64,000 nucleotides of DNA, taken from the NCBI GenBank assembly GCA_036395115.1, contig DASWDU010000034.1, positions 14,941-78,940 on the forward strand, given 5' to 3'. Of the stretch, positions 29,684 through 38,954 are shown in pieces (positions within the stretch are counted from its first letter, which is position 1; every line of letters begins with the position of its first letter). The notes under the pieces are model-generated. The model was not told the origin of the DNA, made no database searches, and saw only the letters and a list, made by a program, of their open reading frames with translations. Position numbers and translations under genes: made by a program. The DNA is from Thermoplasmata archaeon (GTDB taxonomy: Archaea > Thermoplasmatota > Thermoplasmata > RBG-16-68-12).

Positions 29684-32305
29684 ATGGCGACGTCGAACCG
29701 CTTACCCGACACCGTCCGACCGGAGACGTATTCGATCGAGTTGCGGCCGGATCTCGGGGACTTTACCTTCCGAGGGAGCGAGTCCATTCGGATTCGCGTC
29801 GCGCGGCCCGTGAAGACGATCATCCTGAACGCCAAGGAGCTCCAGGTCCACGAGGCGACCGTGCGGTCGTCCCGGGGCCGCCCGGTGCCCGCCGCCCGGA
29901 TCGACACGGAGCCGACCACCGAGCGGGTGCGCCTGACCTTCGCGGACCCGATCCCGAAAGGCGCGGCCACGCTCGCCCTCGGCTTCACGGGGACACTGAA
30001 CGATCAGCTCGCGGGATTCTACCGGAGCAAGTACACCACGACGGCGGGCAAGGAGGGCTACATGGCCGCCACTCAGTTCGAGGCGACGGACGCCCGCCGC
30101 GCGTTCCCCTGCTGGGACGAGCCGGCGGCGAAGGCGGCTTTCGAGGTGACGCTCATCGTACCCGACGGAATGGCGGCGGTCTCGAACACTCCGGTCCTCC
30201 AAGACGAGCGCCTCGTCGATGGGACGCACCGCGTGCGATTCGCGAAGACGCCGACGATGTCGACGTACCTCCTGGCGTTCGTGATCGGCCCGCTGGAAGC
30301 CCTCAAAGGCTCGATGGCAGGCAAGACGGAGCTCGGCGTGTGGGCGCTGCCCGATCGGGTCGGCCACGGTCGTTGGGCCCTCGAGAGCGCGTCCCGCATC
30401 CTCTCCTACCTGAACGAGTACTACGGAATCCCGTATCCGCTCGAGAAGCTCGACCACGTGGCCCTCCAGGATTTCGCGGCGGGCGCGATGGAGAACTGGG
30501 GCGCGATCACGTACCGGGAACGGATCCTCCTCTTCGACCCGTCCACGTCGTCGGCGCAGACGAGCCAGAACATCGTGGACGTTATCGCGCACGAGACCGC
30601 CCACATGTGGTTCGGCGACCTCGTCACGATGGCGTGGTGGGACGACCTCTGGCTCAACGAGAGCTTCGCGTCCTGGATGGGGAACAAGGCCGTCGACGCG
30701 CTCCATCCCGAGTGGCGCATGTGGACGCAGTTCCTCCTCTTCGACACGATTCGCGGCCTCGGCCTCGATGGCCTCCGTAACTCGCATCCGATCGAGGTCC
30801 GGGTCGAGGACCCCGCCGAGATCCGCGAGATCTTCGACGAAATCAGCTACAGCAAGGGCGCGTCGATCCTCTGGATGCTCGAGCAGTTCCTCGGCGAAGA
30901 CGCGTTCCGCCGCGGGCTGCGGCGCTACCTGAACGCGCATCGATACGGGAACGCCCGCACGGAAGACCTCTGGACGGCGCTCGAGGACGTGTCCCGAAAG
31001 CCCGTGCGGGCCTTGATGGGCACATGGACGAAGCAGACCGGCTTCCCCCTCGTCGACGTCCAAATCTCCAGGAAGGCGAAGGAGGCCACGGTGAGGCTCA
31101 CCCAGTCCCGGTTCTTGTACGAGCACCTCGCGGGAGCCCCGGCGGGGAAGGCGCTCTGGAAGGTCCCCGTCCGGATCGCGCGGGCGGGTGCGCCCGAGGT
31201 GGAACGGTCCCTGATGGAGAAGCGGACGGAGACCCGGAAGGTCGCCAAGGGGAAGAGGCCTCCGGACCGGGATTGGATCAAGGTGAATGCGGGGCAGTCC
31301 GGCTTCTACCGGGTCAACTACCCTCCGGAAGAATGGGACCGGCTACGGCGGGCCGTCGTGGCGGGCGAGCTCGAGGCGGAAGATCGACTCGGCCTCCAGA
31401 ACGACGCGTACGCCCTCACGGTCGCCGGATACCTGCCGGCGATGTCGTTCCTCGAGCTGACGTCCGCGTACCGAGACGAAGACAACACCACCGTGTGGCA
31501 AGGGATCGCGGATTCCTTGATGGGATTCGAGAGCCTGATCGCCGACCGGCCGTACCTGGATTCCTTCTACGAGTACGCGAGGGACCTGTTTCGACCGGTC
31601 GTGGCCCGCACCGGATGGGCCCCTAAGAAAGGAGAAGGCCACCTCGACGCCCTGCGCCGGATGACGGTGCTCTCCCGTCTCGGCCACTACTTGGACCGAC
31701 CGGTCTTGGACGAGGCGTCGAGGCGCTTCGCGGACTCCCTGAAGGATCCCGCGTCCCTGCCTCCCGACCTGCGTTCCGTCGTGTACGGGCTCGTCGCCCA
31801 GGAGGCGGACGAGGCGACGTACGAGACCTTGTGGGGGCTCGAGCAGAAGTCGGCGCTCCAAGAGGAGCAGGTCCGCCTCCTCCTCGCCCTGACGCGGCCC
31901 CGAGGGGAATCCCTCCTCCGGGAAACCCTCGCTCGGGCCCTGTCGGACGCAGTCCGGTTCCAGGATGCGCCGATCGTGATCCGGGGCGTGGCGACGAGCC
32001 GACCGAGCGTCGGGAGGGACCTCGCGTGGACCTTCATCAAGGCGAACTGGGATGAGTTGTATCGGCGGTATTCACCTTCCGGATTCCTCATCCGCGGGCT
32101 CGCCGCAGTCCCGGAGACGTTCGCAAGCGCCAATCGGGCGCGGGAGATCGAGGCCTTCTTCAAGAGTCATCCGTCGCCCGGCGTCCGGCGGACCGTGAAA
32201 CAGGTAATGGAGAAGATCCGCGTGAACGCCGCGTGGCTCCGGCGCAACGACAAGGCTCTTGCGGCCTGGTTCCGAGGGCACGAGCCTTCGACAGCTCGCG
32301 AGTGA
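29684..32305 (+). CDS. M1-family aminopeptidase (aminopeptidase N / tricorn-interacting-factor-like)
   Basis: 'GAMENWG' motif and 'HETAHMWFGDLVTMAWWDDLWLNESFA' (HExxH-x18-E). 873 aa. Confidence 0.9.
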   Translation: MATSNRLPDTVRPETYSIELRPDLGDFTFRGSESIRIRVARPVKTIILNAKELQVHEATVRSSRGRPVPAARIDTEPTTERVRLTFADPIPKGAATLALGFTGTLNDQLAGFYRSKYTTTAGKEGYMAATQFEATDARRAFPCWDEPAAKAAFEVTLIVPDGMAAVSNTPVLQDERLVDGTHRVRFAKTPTMSTYLLAFVIGPLEALKGSMAGKTELGVWALPDRVGHGRWALESASRILSYLNEYYGIPYPLEKLDHVALQDFAAGAMENWGAITYRERILLFDPSTSSAQTSQNIVDVIAHETAHMWFGDLVTMAWWDDLWLNESFASWMGNKAVDALHPEWRMWTQFLLFDTIRGLGLDGLRNSHPIEVRVEDPAEIREIFDEISYSKGASILWMLEQFLGEDAFRRGLRRYLNAHRYGNARTEDLWTALEDVSRKPVRALMGTWTKQTGFPLVDVQISRKAKEATVRLTQSRFLYEHLAGAPAGKALWKVPVRIARAGAPEVERSLMEKRTETRKVAKGKRPPDRDWIKVNAGQSGFYRVNYPPEEWDRLRRAVVAGELEAEDRLGLQNDAYALTVAGYLPAMSFLELTSAYRDEDNTTVWQGIADSLMGFESLIADRPYLDSFYEYARDLFRPVVARTGWAPKKGEGHLDALRRMTVLSRLGHYLDRPVLDEASRRFADSLKDPASLPPDLRSVVYGLVAQEADEATYETLWGLEQKSALQEEQVRLLLALTRPRGESLLRETLARALSDAVRFQDAPIVIRGVATSRPSVGRDLAWTFIKANWDELYRRYSPSGFLIRGLAAVPETFASANRAREIEAFFKSHPSPGVRRTVKQVMEKIRVNAAWLRRNDKALAAWFRGHEPSTARE

Positions 32306-32457
32306 AGCGGCCAGTCCGAAGCCTCCTCGTGCCGTAGGCGAGTTGATCCCTATCTCGGCAGGTAGCGGGAGAGGAACGAATATTGAGCGGAAGAGTCTTA
32401 CCGAACCCCCGAGGGACCTGGTTGGCGGCATCACAGTCGGAGGCCGTTGAGGTCAAG

Positions 32458-33102
32458 GTGAGTGCGCGCTCTATTGGGAAGAAGCCGAGGACAGTCTTCG
32501 TGGCGTATCCATACAAACTATTCGCTGGAGAAGACTATCGGGCTGTGTTTGATCGCGTGGGAAAGGCGCTCGGCGTGAAATTCACGTTTGCCGACCAGAA
32601 GATACTTGATGTCCACATCTTGGAAAAGATCGCCCTCATGATCAAAGAAGCAGAGTTCTCCATTTTCGACATCTCAGGGTGGAATCCAAACGTTACCTTG
32701 GAGTATGGACTGGCTCTCGGATTTGGCGAGAAGAAGTTCCTGCTGTTCGATCCAGGCAAGACAGAATTTAGTGAAGTGCCCGCGGATGTCAGGGGGTTTG
32801 ACCGGCTTGAGCACCGGTCCTATGCAGAACTTGAGCGTGCCCTCACGTTCCTCATCGCCCAGGAGTTCCCGCCTGAGAAGAAAGCCGACCCACTCGGAGA
32901 CTTACAAGTCCAGATTAAGGACCTCCTTGCAAGAACGCCGGGGGTTTCAAGGAGCACCGTCGCAGCGGCGCTCGGGATTAGGCCGGAACTGGCTAGCTTG
33001 GTGCTCGGCCAGATGGTCGGCACCGAGCTTGAGGTGCGCGGGGAAAGGAGGGGCACGAAGTACTACCTTAAAGGCTCAGCACCAGCGGGGCCAAACCATT
33101 AG
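32458..33102 (+). CDS. Fusion protein: nucleoside 2-deoxyribosyltransferase-like (NDT/Rcl-fold) N-domain plus C-terminal winged HTH
   Basis: 'TVFVAYPY...' Rossmann-like start; 'FDISGWNPNVTLEYGLALGFGEKKFLLF' matches the NDT-family catalytic-Glu block. C-terminal '...STVAAALGIRPELASLVLGQMVGTELEVRGERRGTKYYL' is a wHTH. Visibly lower GC. Start ambiguous: TTG at 32383 or GTG at 32458. Confidence 0.6.
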   Translation: MSARSIGKKPRTVFVAYPYKLFAGEDYRAVFDRVGKALGVKFTFADQKILDVHILEKIALMIKEAEFSIFDISGWNPNVTLEYGLALGFGEKKFLLFDPGKTEFSEVPADVRGFDRLEHRSYAELERALTFLIAQEFPPEKKADPLGDLQVQIKDLLARTPGVSRSTVAAALGIRPELASLVLGQMVGTELEVRGERRGTKYYLKGSAPAGPNH

Positions 33103-33198
33103 CCGCACTTTGGCGGAGGCCTTTGATCCACGGGGGCAAACACAGCCGCGGCCTCCGTAATGCGTCTGGCGGCCTCCTAACCACGTCCCCGCAATGTT

Positions 33199-33783
33199 GT
33201 GGGAGCGGCCCAGACCCCAATATCTGGTATTGCGGAGTCGGTCCCAAAACATTCATTCTCTCGGGCTGACTTGCGGTCAAGCGTGAGAAGCGTCCGGATC
33301 AACCGCAGGCTGGGGGTAGGCCCTAAGCCGCTCACGACCGTGTTCCCCGGCCTGGATCGGGACCCGAACTTCATCGCGCTTTTCAACGACGGGCTGCGGG
33401 AGAAGGTCTTGGCCGAGACGCGCGTGAATCTGGTCCCCGAAGACTCCTACGCCTACATCGACGACGAGCGGGGGTGGGTGAACCTCGGGCATGGATACCT
33501 GAAGACCGGCGAGGCCCGAATCCTCTACCTCGACATCCTGCACGAATTGACCCACATCCGCCAGTGGCACGAGGGGAAGGAACTATGGGATCGGAAGTAC
33601 GACTACGTAGACCGGCCTACCGAGGTGGAGGCCTACCGGGTCGCGGTTGAAGTCGCCCGGAAGATCGGGATGACCGACCGGGAAATCGCCGATTATCTCC
33701 GGGTGGAATGGACCAGCCGCGAAGAGCACGAGCGGCTGTGCCGCCGCCTCGGGGTGCGGCAGACCGACTCCCGCGCTCACTGA
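33199..33783 (+). CDS. HExxH putative metallopeptidase-like protein (DUF4157-like)
   Basis: '...GWVNLGHGYLKTGEARILYLDILHELTHIRQWHEG...'. The resemblance to the DUF4157 block (Gly-rich segment followed by 'LLAHELTHVVQ') is from memory. Confidence 0.55.
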   Translation: MGAAQTPISGIAESVPKHSFSRADLRSSVRSVRINRRLGVGPKPLTTVFPGLDRDPNFIALFNDGLREKVLAETRVNLVPEDSYAYIDDERGWVNLGHGYLKTGEARILYLDILHELTHIRQWHEGKELWDRKYDYVDRPTEVEAYRVAVEVARKIGMTDREIADYLRVEWTSREEHERLCRRLGVRQTDSRAH

Positions 33784-33837
33784 CTGCCTATGATTGTCTG
33801 ACGGGGCTGATGGGGGAATCACCCGATCAAGGGCAAA

Positions 33838-34176
33838 GTGTACATGTACATCGACGACGACGCCGGCAACGTCGTGGCAGGCCTCGGCTACCTGCGGACG
33901 GGGGAGTCGCGCATTCTGTATCTCGACGTGTTGCATGAACTCACGCACATCCGCCAGTGGCATGCGGGCCGCGAGCTCTGGGACCGTCGGTACAACTACG
34001 TCGACCGCCCGACGGAGATCGAGGCGTATCGAATCGCGGTCGACGAGGCGCGTCGTCTCGGGATGACGGACCGGGAGATCGCCGACTATCTCCGCGTGGA
34101 GTGGACGAGCCGCGAGGAGCACGAGCGGCTTTGCAAGCACCTCGGCGTCCGCAGCCCCGAATCGCGCGCCGTCTGA
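33838..34176 (+). CDS. HExxH DUF4157-like protein, tandem paralog (N-terminally shorter)
   Basis: '...GNVVAGLGYLRTGESRILYLDVLHELTHIRQWHAGRELWDRRYNYVDRPTEIEAYRIAV...'. Collinear with the upstream paralog, including the C-terminal '...DREIADYLRVEWTSREEHERLC'. Confidence 0.55.
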   Translation: MYMYIDDDAGNVVAGLGYLRTGESRILYLDVLHELTHIRQWHAGRELWDRRYNYVDRPTEIEAYRIAVDEARRLGMTDREIADYLRVEWTSREEHERLCKHLGVRSPESRAV

Positions 34177-34223
34177 GGGCAAGGCCTCAAATCGACGGGG
34201 CCTGTTCCGCGCAGGCGAGGCAG

Positions 34224-34559
34224 ATGGCGCCGATCACCTTGGAGGAGTTCGCGAAGGTCGAGATGCGCGTCGGCAAGGTCGTCGACGTGCAGGACTTCCC
34301 GGAGGCACGCAACCCCTCGTACAAGCTCTGGATCGACTTTGGACCGTTCGGTGTGAAGAAGAGTTCGGCGGCGATCCGCCGATGGTACGCGAAGGAGGAC
34401 CTTGCGGGCCGTCAGGTCGTTGCCGTGACGAACTTCCCGCCCCGGCAGGTCGGTCCGTTCCTGTCCGAGGTCCTCTGCCTCGGCGCGGTTCAGCCCGACG
34501 GGCGGGTCGTCATGCTCCGCCCGGATTCGGAGGGAGAGCTTGGGGCTCGGATCGCTTGA
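34224..34559 (+). CDS. tRNA-binding domain protein (CsaA/Trbp111-like, MetRS C-terminal-domain-like)
   Basis: '...EMRVGKVVDVQDFPEARNPSYKLWIDFG...' OB-fold tRNA-binding signature. Confidence 0.75.
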   Translation: MAPITLEEFAKVEMRVGKVVDVQDFPEARNPSYKLWIDFGPFGVKKSSAAIRRWYAKEDLAGRQVVAVTNFPPRQVGPFLSEVLCLGAVQPDGRVVMLRPDSEGELGARIA

Positions 34560-35031
34560 GGGTGGCCGCGAGTTCCTCGTCCGCGCGTGCGGCGTCCTGG
34601 TACACGACGACGCCGTCCTCGCCCAAGAGGGAGACGACGGACGGGGCAGCCGGAGCTACGCGCTCCCGGGCGGCCACCTGGAGTTCGGGGAGACCCTCGC
34701 GATGTGCATGTCGCGCGAGTTCTACGAGGAGAGCGGCCTCAACGTCGAGGCCGAGAAACTCCTGTACGTCCACGAGAACTTCTACACCCTCCGGGAGATC
34801 GTGACCCACGAAATCGGATTCTACTTCCTGGTCGATCTGAACTCCGAGTTCCCGTCGGCGGATTCCGACGGATATGTCCCGAGCCGCGAGTCCCACATCC
34901 GCATGCGATTGCTGCCGCTTTCGGAACTCCGCGCGTTCGCGATGATGCCGCCGTTTCTTCGAGAACGTCTCCCTGCGGACGCGCGTGCGCATTTCGCCGG
35001 TCCAGCCAGGCACCTCGTCTCCCGGGACTGA
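34540..35031 (+). CDS. NUDIX hydrolase
   Basis: Nudix box 'GGHLEFGETLAMCMSREFYEESGL' (Gx5Ex7REUxEExGU). Confidence 0.75.
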   Translation: MGLGSLEGGREFLVRACGVLVHDDAVLAQEGDDGRGSRSYALPGGHLEFGETLAMCMSREFYEESGLNVEAEKLLYVHENFYTLREIVTHEIGFYFLVDLNSEFPSADSDGYVPSRESHIRMRLLPLSELRAFAMMPPFLRERLPADARAHFAGPARHLVSRD

Positions 35032-35033
35032 CG

Positions 35034-35465
35034 ATGGCCGTTCGAATCCGCCCGCTGCGGCTCCGCGACTACGACGACATGATCGCGCTCTTCCGAGCGT
35101 GCGGGATGGAGCCGAAGGCGCGGGGAAGGGATTCCCGTCCCGCCATCGCACGGCAACTGCGAGCCCACCCCGGTCTCTACATCGGCGCGTTTGACGGAAG
35201 TCGGCTCGTGGGCGCGGTCCTCGGGACGCACGACACCCGCAAAGGCTGGATCAATCGGCTCGCGGTACACCCCGCATACCGGAGGCGGGGGCTGGCGCGC
35301 CGACTCGTGCGGGCGTGCGAGCGCGCGTTGCGGGCCGGGCGCATCGAGATGTTCTGTGCACTCATCGAAACGGACAACGCGGCCTCCGAGGCCGTCTTCC
35401 GCTCGCTCGGCTACGAGGTCGTCGAGATCCTCTATGCCCGCCGCAAGCTCCGCGACGACATCTAG
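35034..35465 (+). CDS. GNAT N-acetyltransferase
   Basis: '...RRRGLARRLVRACERAL...' acetyl-CoA-binding motif and 'SLGYEVV'. Confidence 0.75.
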   Translation: MAVRIRPLRLRDYDDMIALFRACGMEPKARGRDSRPAIARQLRAHPGLYIGAFDGSRLVGAVLGTHDTRKGWINRLAVHPAYRRRGLARRLVRACERALRAGRIEMFCALIETDNAASEAVFRSLGYEVVEILYARRKLRDDI

Positions 35466-36658
35466 GGGATCACGTTCAGTTCCTTTCCGATCTTCTCGTA
35501 GGCGACGAGAGCGTCGTCGAGGTCCTGGCGCTTCAGCCCGGCGTTCACGATGTTCCGGATGCGCGCCTTGTCCTTCGCGACCATCGGGAATACGATCGGC
35601 AAGGCGAACACCCCTTCCTCGAACAGCCGCTCGCTGAACCGCTTCGCGGTCGCGGAATCGCCCAGCATGACGGGCGTGATGGGCGTCTGGCTCCGCCCGA
35701 TGTCAAAGCCGAGCGAGACGAGCCGCTTCTTGAAGTACTTCGTGTTCGACCACAGCTTCTTGACGTGCCTCGGCTCCGTCTCGAGGACGTCGATTGCCGC
35801 GGTGCAGGCGGCCGTGACCGCGGGAGGGTGGGATCCGCTGAGGAGCCAGGTCCTCGACTTGTTCAGCGCGTAGTTCCGGAGGTCGTTCGACCCGGCGATG
35901 TAGCCGCCGACCACGCCGAGGGCTTTCGAGAACGTGCCCAGCTCGACCTGGATCTTCTCCTCGACGTGGAAGTGCGAGGCGACGCCACGGCCGCCGTCCC
36001 CAAGGACTCCCTCCCCGTGCGCGTCGTCGATGTACACCATCGCCCCGAATTCCTCGCTGACCTTCGCGATGTCGCCGACCGGCGCGATGTCGCCGTCCAT
36101 CGAGAACACGCCGTCACTCACAACGAGGATCTTCTTGGCCGTGGCGTCGGCCTCCTTCAGCGCGCGTTCGAGGTCGCCGACGTCGCAGTGCCGATAGATG
36201 ATCCGCTGCGCCTTCGTCAGTCGCACGCCGTCGATGATGCTCCCGTGGTTCAGCTCGTCCGTCAGGATCGCGTCGCCGTCGCCCGCGAGCTGCGAAATCA
36301 GCCCCGCATTCCCGGCGAAGCCGCTCATGTAGAACAGGGCCGCCTCGCGCCGCTTGAAGCGGGCGATCCGGCGCTCGAGCTCCTCGTGGAGGTCCATGTT
36401 CCCGGCGATCGGCCGCACGCTGCCGCTGCCCGCGCCGTGCGTCTTGATCGCCTCGCGTGCCGCCCGCTTCACCTTCGGATGATTCGACAGGTTCAGGTAG
36501 TTGTTCGAGCAAAGCATGATGACGGTCTTCCCGTCGACGACGCTGCGCGGAGCCGACGGCCCTTGGAGGACCCGGAGCTTCCAGTCGAGGCTCTGCGCGA
36601 CGAGGTTCTCGTACTCCGCGCGCATCCAAGAGGTCGGATCTCGGTTCGCCAGCGTCAT
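35462..36658 (-). CDS. kbl: 2-amino-3-ketobutyrate CoA ligase (glycine C-acetyltransferase)
   Basis: 398 aa. Class II aminotransferase-like 'LGTFSKALG' with the PLP-binding Lys. ATGA overlap with tdh. Confidence 0.85.
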   Translation of the reverse strand: MTLANRDPTSWMRAEYENLVAQSLDWKLRVLQGPSAPRSVVDGKTVIMLCSNNYLNLSNHPKVKRAAREAIKTHGAGSGSVRPIAGNMDLHEELERRIARFKRREAALFYMSGFAGNAGLISQLAGDGDAILTDELNHGSIIDGVRLTKAQRIIYRHCDVGDLERALKEADATAKKILVVSDGVFSMDGDIAPVGDIAKVSEEFGAMVYIDDAHGEGVLGDGGRGVASHFHVEEKIQVELGTFSKALGVVGGYIAGSNDLRNYALNKSRTWLLSGSHPPAVTAACTAAIDVLETEPRHVKKLWSNTKYFKKRLVSLGFDIGRSQTPITPVMLGDSATAKRFSERLFEEGVFALPIVFPMVAKDKARIRNIVNAGLKRQDLDDALVAYEKIGKELNVIP

Positions 36659-37701
36659 CCCTCCATCGGGAACGCGACCTTGCCGCAGTTGCCGCTTCGC
36701 ATCACGTCCATCGCCTCGTCGTACCGGTCGAGAGGAAACTTGTGCGTGAGGAGCGGCCGCAGATTCACGTTGCCGCTCTTCAGGAGTCCGCCCATCTGAG
36801 CCCACGTCTTGAACATCAGCCGGCCGTGGATCCCGTGGATCGACGCGCCTTTCGTCACGAGCTCCGACATCGGGATCGTCACGTCCTCCGTGTAGAACCC
36901 GAGAATATGAATGCCCCCGGCGGGGCGCACGATTTGCAGGGCCTGCCGCAACGCCTGTTCGCTCCCCGACATCTCGAGGACCTCGTCGACGCCTTCGCCC
37001 GATGTCAGGTTTTTGATCTCGTCGACGAGGGCGGCCTTCGACGCGAGCACGTGATGCGCCCCGACCTCCTTCGCGAGGTCCATCCGGTACCGGTTCGTGT
37101 GGCCGATGGCGATGACCCGCGCGGCCGCCATCGCGCGGCACAGGGCGACGGCCATGAGGCCGATCGGACCGAGGCCGAAGATCGCGACGGTCTTGCTGGG
37201 CACATTCGCGTTCGTCACGGTATAGACGGCGTTGCCGAGCGGATCTTGCATCGTCGCGAGTTCCGGCGGAAGGTCCGGATCGTTCACAATCACGTTCGTC
37301 GCGGGGATCTTGAGGTACTCTGCGAACGAGCCGTCGCGGTCGATCCCGAGGATCGACACGGTCTTGCAAACGTGCGCGTTACCCGTGCGGCACATGTAGC
37401 AGCGGCCGCACGCGACGTGGCCCTCCGCGCTCACGTACGCCCCCTTCTCGAGGCCCGTCACCTCCGAACCGAGCCGTTCGATCCGCCCCGCGAACTCGTG
37501 TCCCTGGATGAGCGGCACCTTGATGCGGGCCTGAGCCCACGCGTCCCAATCGAAGATGTGCACGTCCGTCCCACAGATCGATGCGACCTGCACGCGAATC
37601 AAGACCTCCGACGGGCCGGGCTCGGGGATCGGGACCGATCGGACTTCCGTGCTCCGCGACGACGGCTTCAATTTCACTGCGGCTTTCATTGTGCCGGCCA
37701 T
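36655..37701 (-). CDS. tdh: L-threonine 3-dehydrogenase (Zn-dependent ADH family)
   Basis: 'GHEFAGRIERLG' and structural-zinc 'CGRCYMCRTGNAHVC'; tdh-kbl operon arrangement. Confidence 0.85.
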   Translation of the reverse strand: MAGTMKAAVKLKPSSRSTEVRSVPIPEPGPSEVLIRVQVASICGTDVHIFDWDAWAQARIKVPLIQGHEFAGRIERLGSEVTGLEKGAYVSAEGHVACGRCYMCRTGNAHVCKTVSILGIDRDGSFAEYLKIPATNVIVNDPDLPPELATMQDPLGNAVYTVTNANVPSKTVAIFGLGPIGLMAVALCRAMAAARVIAIGHTNRYRMDLAKEVGAHHVLASKAALVDEIKNLTSGEGVDEVLEMSGSEQALRQALQIVRPAGGIHILGFYTEDVTIPMSELVTKGASIHGIHGRLMFKTWAQMGGLLKSGNVNLRPLLTHKFPLDRYDEAMDVMRSGNCGKVAFPMEG

Positions 37702-37771
37702 GCCCGCATTTCCCCGGTCGTGCCTCGCATAGGGCTGGGGTATTTCAACTTGGTTCCTGGCCCTCGCGGGC

Positions 37772-38911
37772 TCATCGCTGGATCGGGTGGAGCTTCGATG
37801 TGCGATATCCGATGAGCACGAAGAGGTATTCGCGACTCCGGAATTCCTCGTCCAGCCCCGCATCGCCCGTGTCGACCCGCAGCACCGGCGTCATCGCGAG
37901 TTTGCCCGGCGTCGCGACGGCGATCAGGTTCCGCGTCCCGATCCGCCGGAGGACCTCCGGGCTCGCCTCGAGATTCCCGCGTCCGAGGAGGAAGCCCTGC
38001 GAGCCGATCGGACTGAGGACCAGCTTCGCCTTCGGGTGCGCATCGAGCAAAGACAAGATGCCCCGCTCGTTCAGGTCCTTGGCGACCGTCCGGCCGCCGA
38101 GGATCGCGTCGATCCCTAGGATGGTCTTCTCGAGACCGAGGGCGGTCGCGATCGACGCGATCGTCGAGCCAGGGCCGAGGAAGAAGAGGGTGCCCGGCTC
38201 TCCCGCGAACAGCTCGCGGAAGTGATCCGCGAGTTCCTCGCGGGTCGACTCTTCGCTCACCTCCGCGACCTGAAGCTTGCCGGCCTGGACGAGCGTCGGT
38301 TCCACGAGCGTCTTCGCCGTCCCGACGAGTGCGACGCGCCACTCGCCTCGGCGGTATGCGTCCTCGTCGAGGTCGAGGATCTCGGCGGATCCGACACGCA
38401 GGCTGCCCTGGAGGTGAGCGACGGTCAATTCGGCGGCCGCCCGCGGGGAGACCGCGAACACGCCCGAATGCATCTTGACGCCCGCCGGGATTCCGAGAAT
38501 CGGGACGCGGTCCTTCGCCGATTCCGCGACATCGCGCGCCGTGCCGTCTCCGCCGCAGAAGAGGAGGAGCTCCACCCCGCCGGAGATGCACGCGTCGACG
38601 GCCCGCCTCGTGTCTTCCGCCGTGGTCGTGTTGCCCGGCCGGTAGACGACATCCACTTGCGCATCGACGACCCCGGCATCTCGAAGCGGCTCACCGCCCA
38701 TCGGTCCTTCGCAGGTGAGCCATCGGACATCGGGCAAGGGACTCGCGCGCGCGGCGGATAGGAACTCGTTCGCGAACTGGCGGGCCCGCTCCGGTGCAAC
38801 CGGTTCGGCCCCCGCGGCTCTCGCCTGCTCGACGACGCCGTCCGTCCCCTTGAGGCCGACTCGTCCGCCCATCCCCGCGATGGGGTTGACGACGAATCCG
38901 ATGCGCCGCAC
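37772..38911 (-). CDS. ATP-NAD kinase family protein (COG3199-like predicted NAD/polyphosphate kinase)
   Basis: 'GGDGT' motif inside 'LLLFCGGDGTARDV'; N-terminal 'MRRIGFVVNPIAGMGG'. Confidence 0.6.
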   Translation of the reverse strand: MRRIGFVVNPIAGMGGRVGLKGTDGVVEQARAAGAEPVAPERARQFANEFLSAARASPLPDVRWLTCEGPMGGEPLRDAGVVDAQVDVVYRPGNTTTAEDTRRAVDACISGGVELLLFCGGDGTARDVAESAKDRVPILGIPAGVKMHSGVFAVSPRAAAELTVAHLQGSLRVGSAEILDLDEDAYRRGEWRVALVGTAKTLVEPTLVQAGKLQVAEVSEESTREELADHFRELFAGEPGTLFFLGPGSTIASIATALGLEKTILGIDAILGGRTVAKDLNERGILSLLDAHPKAKLVLSPIGSQGFLLGRGNLEASPEVLRRIGTRNLIAVATPGKLAMTPVLRVDTGDAGLDEEFRSREYLFVLIGYRTSKLHPIQR

Positions 38912-38954
38912 GACGTCCGCACTCGCCCCGCCGTATTTCCTTCTTCCGAGGCCC

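Noticed and set aside
33583-34182. 199-aa minus-strand ORF antisense to the two HExxH genes (similarly 52756-53123 plus-strand ORFs antisense to the methyltransferase, and 49459-49994 plus-strand ORFs antisense to the small island genes)
   Set aside because: No motifs and Ser/Arg-rich composition; the opposite-strand genes show conserved paralogous structure or clear motifs.
35030-35060. 'GGCCGTTCGAATCCGCC' resembling a tRNA T-arm
   Set aside because: Lies inside the GNAT CDS start (MAVRIRPL), and no acceptor, D or anticodon arms can be drawn around it.
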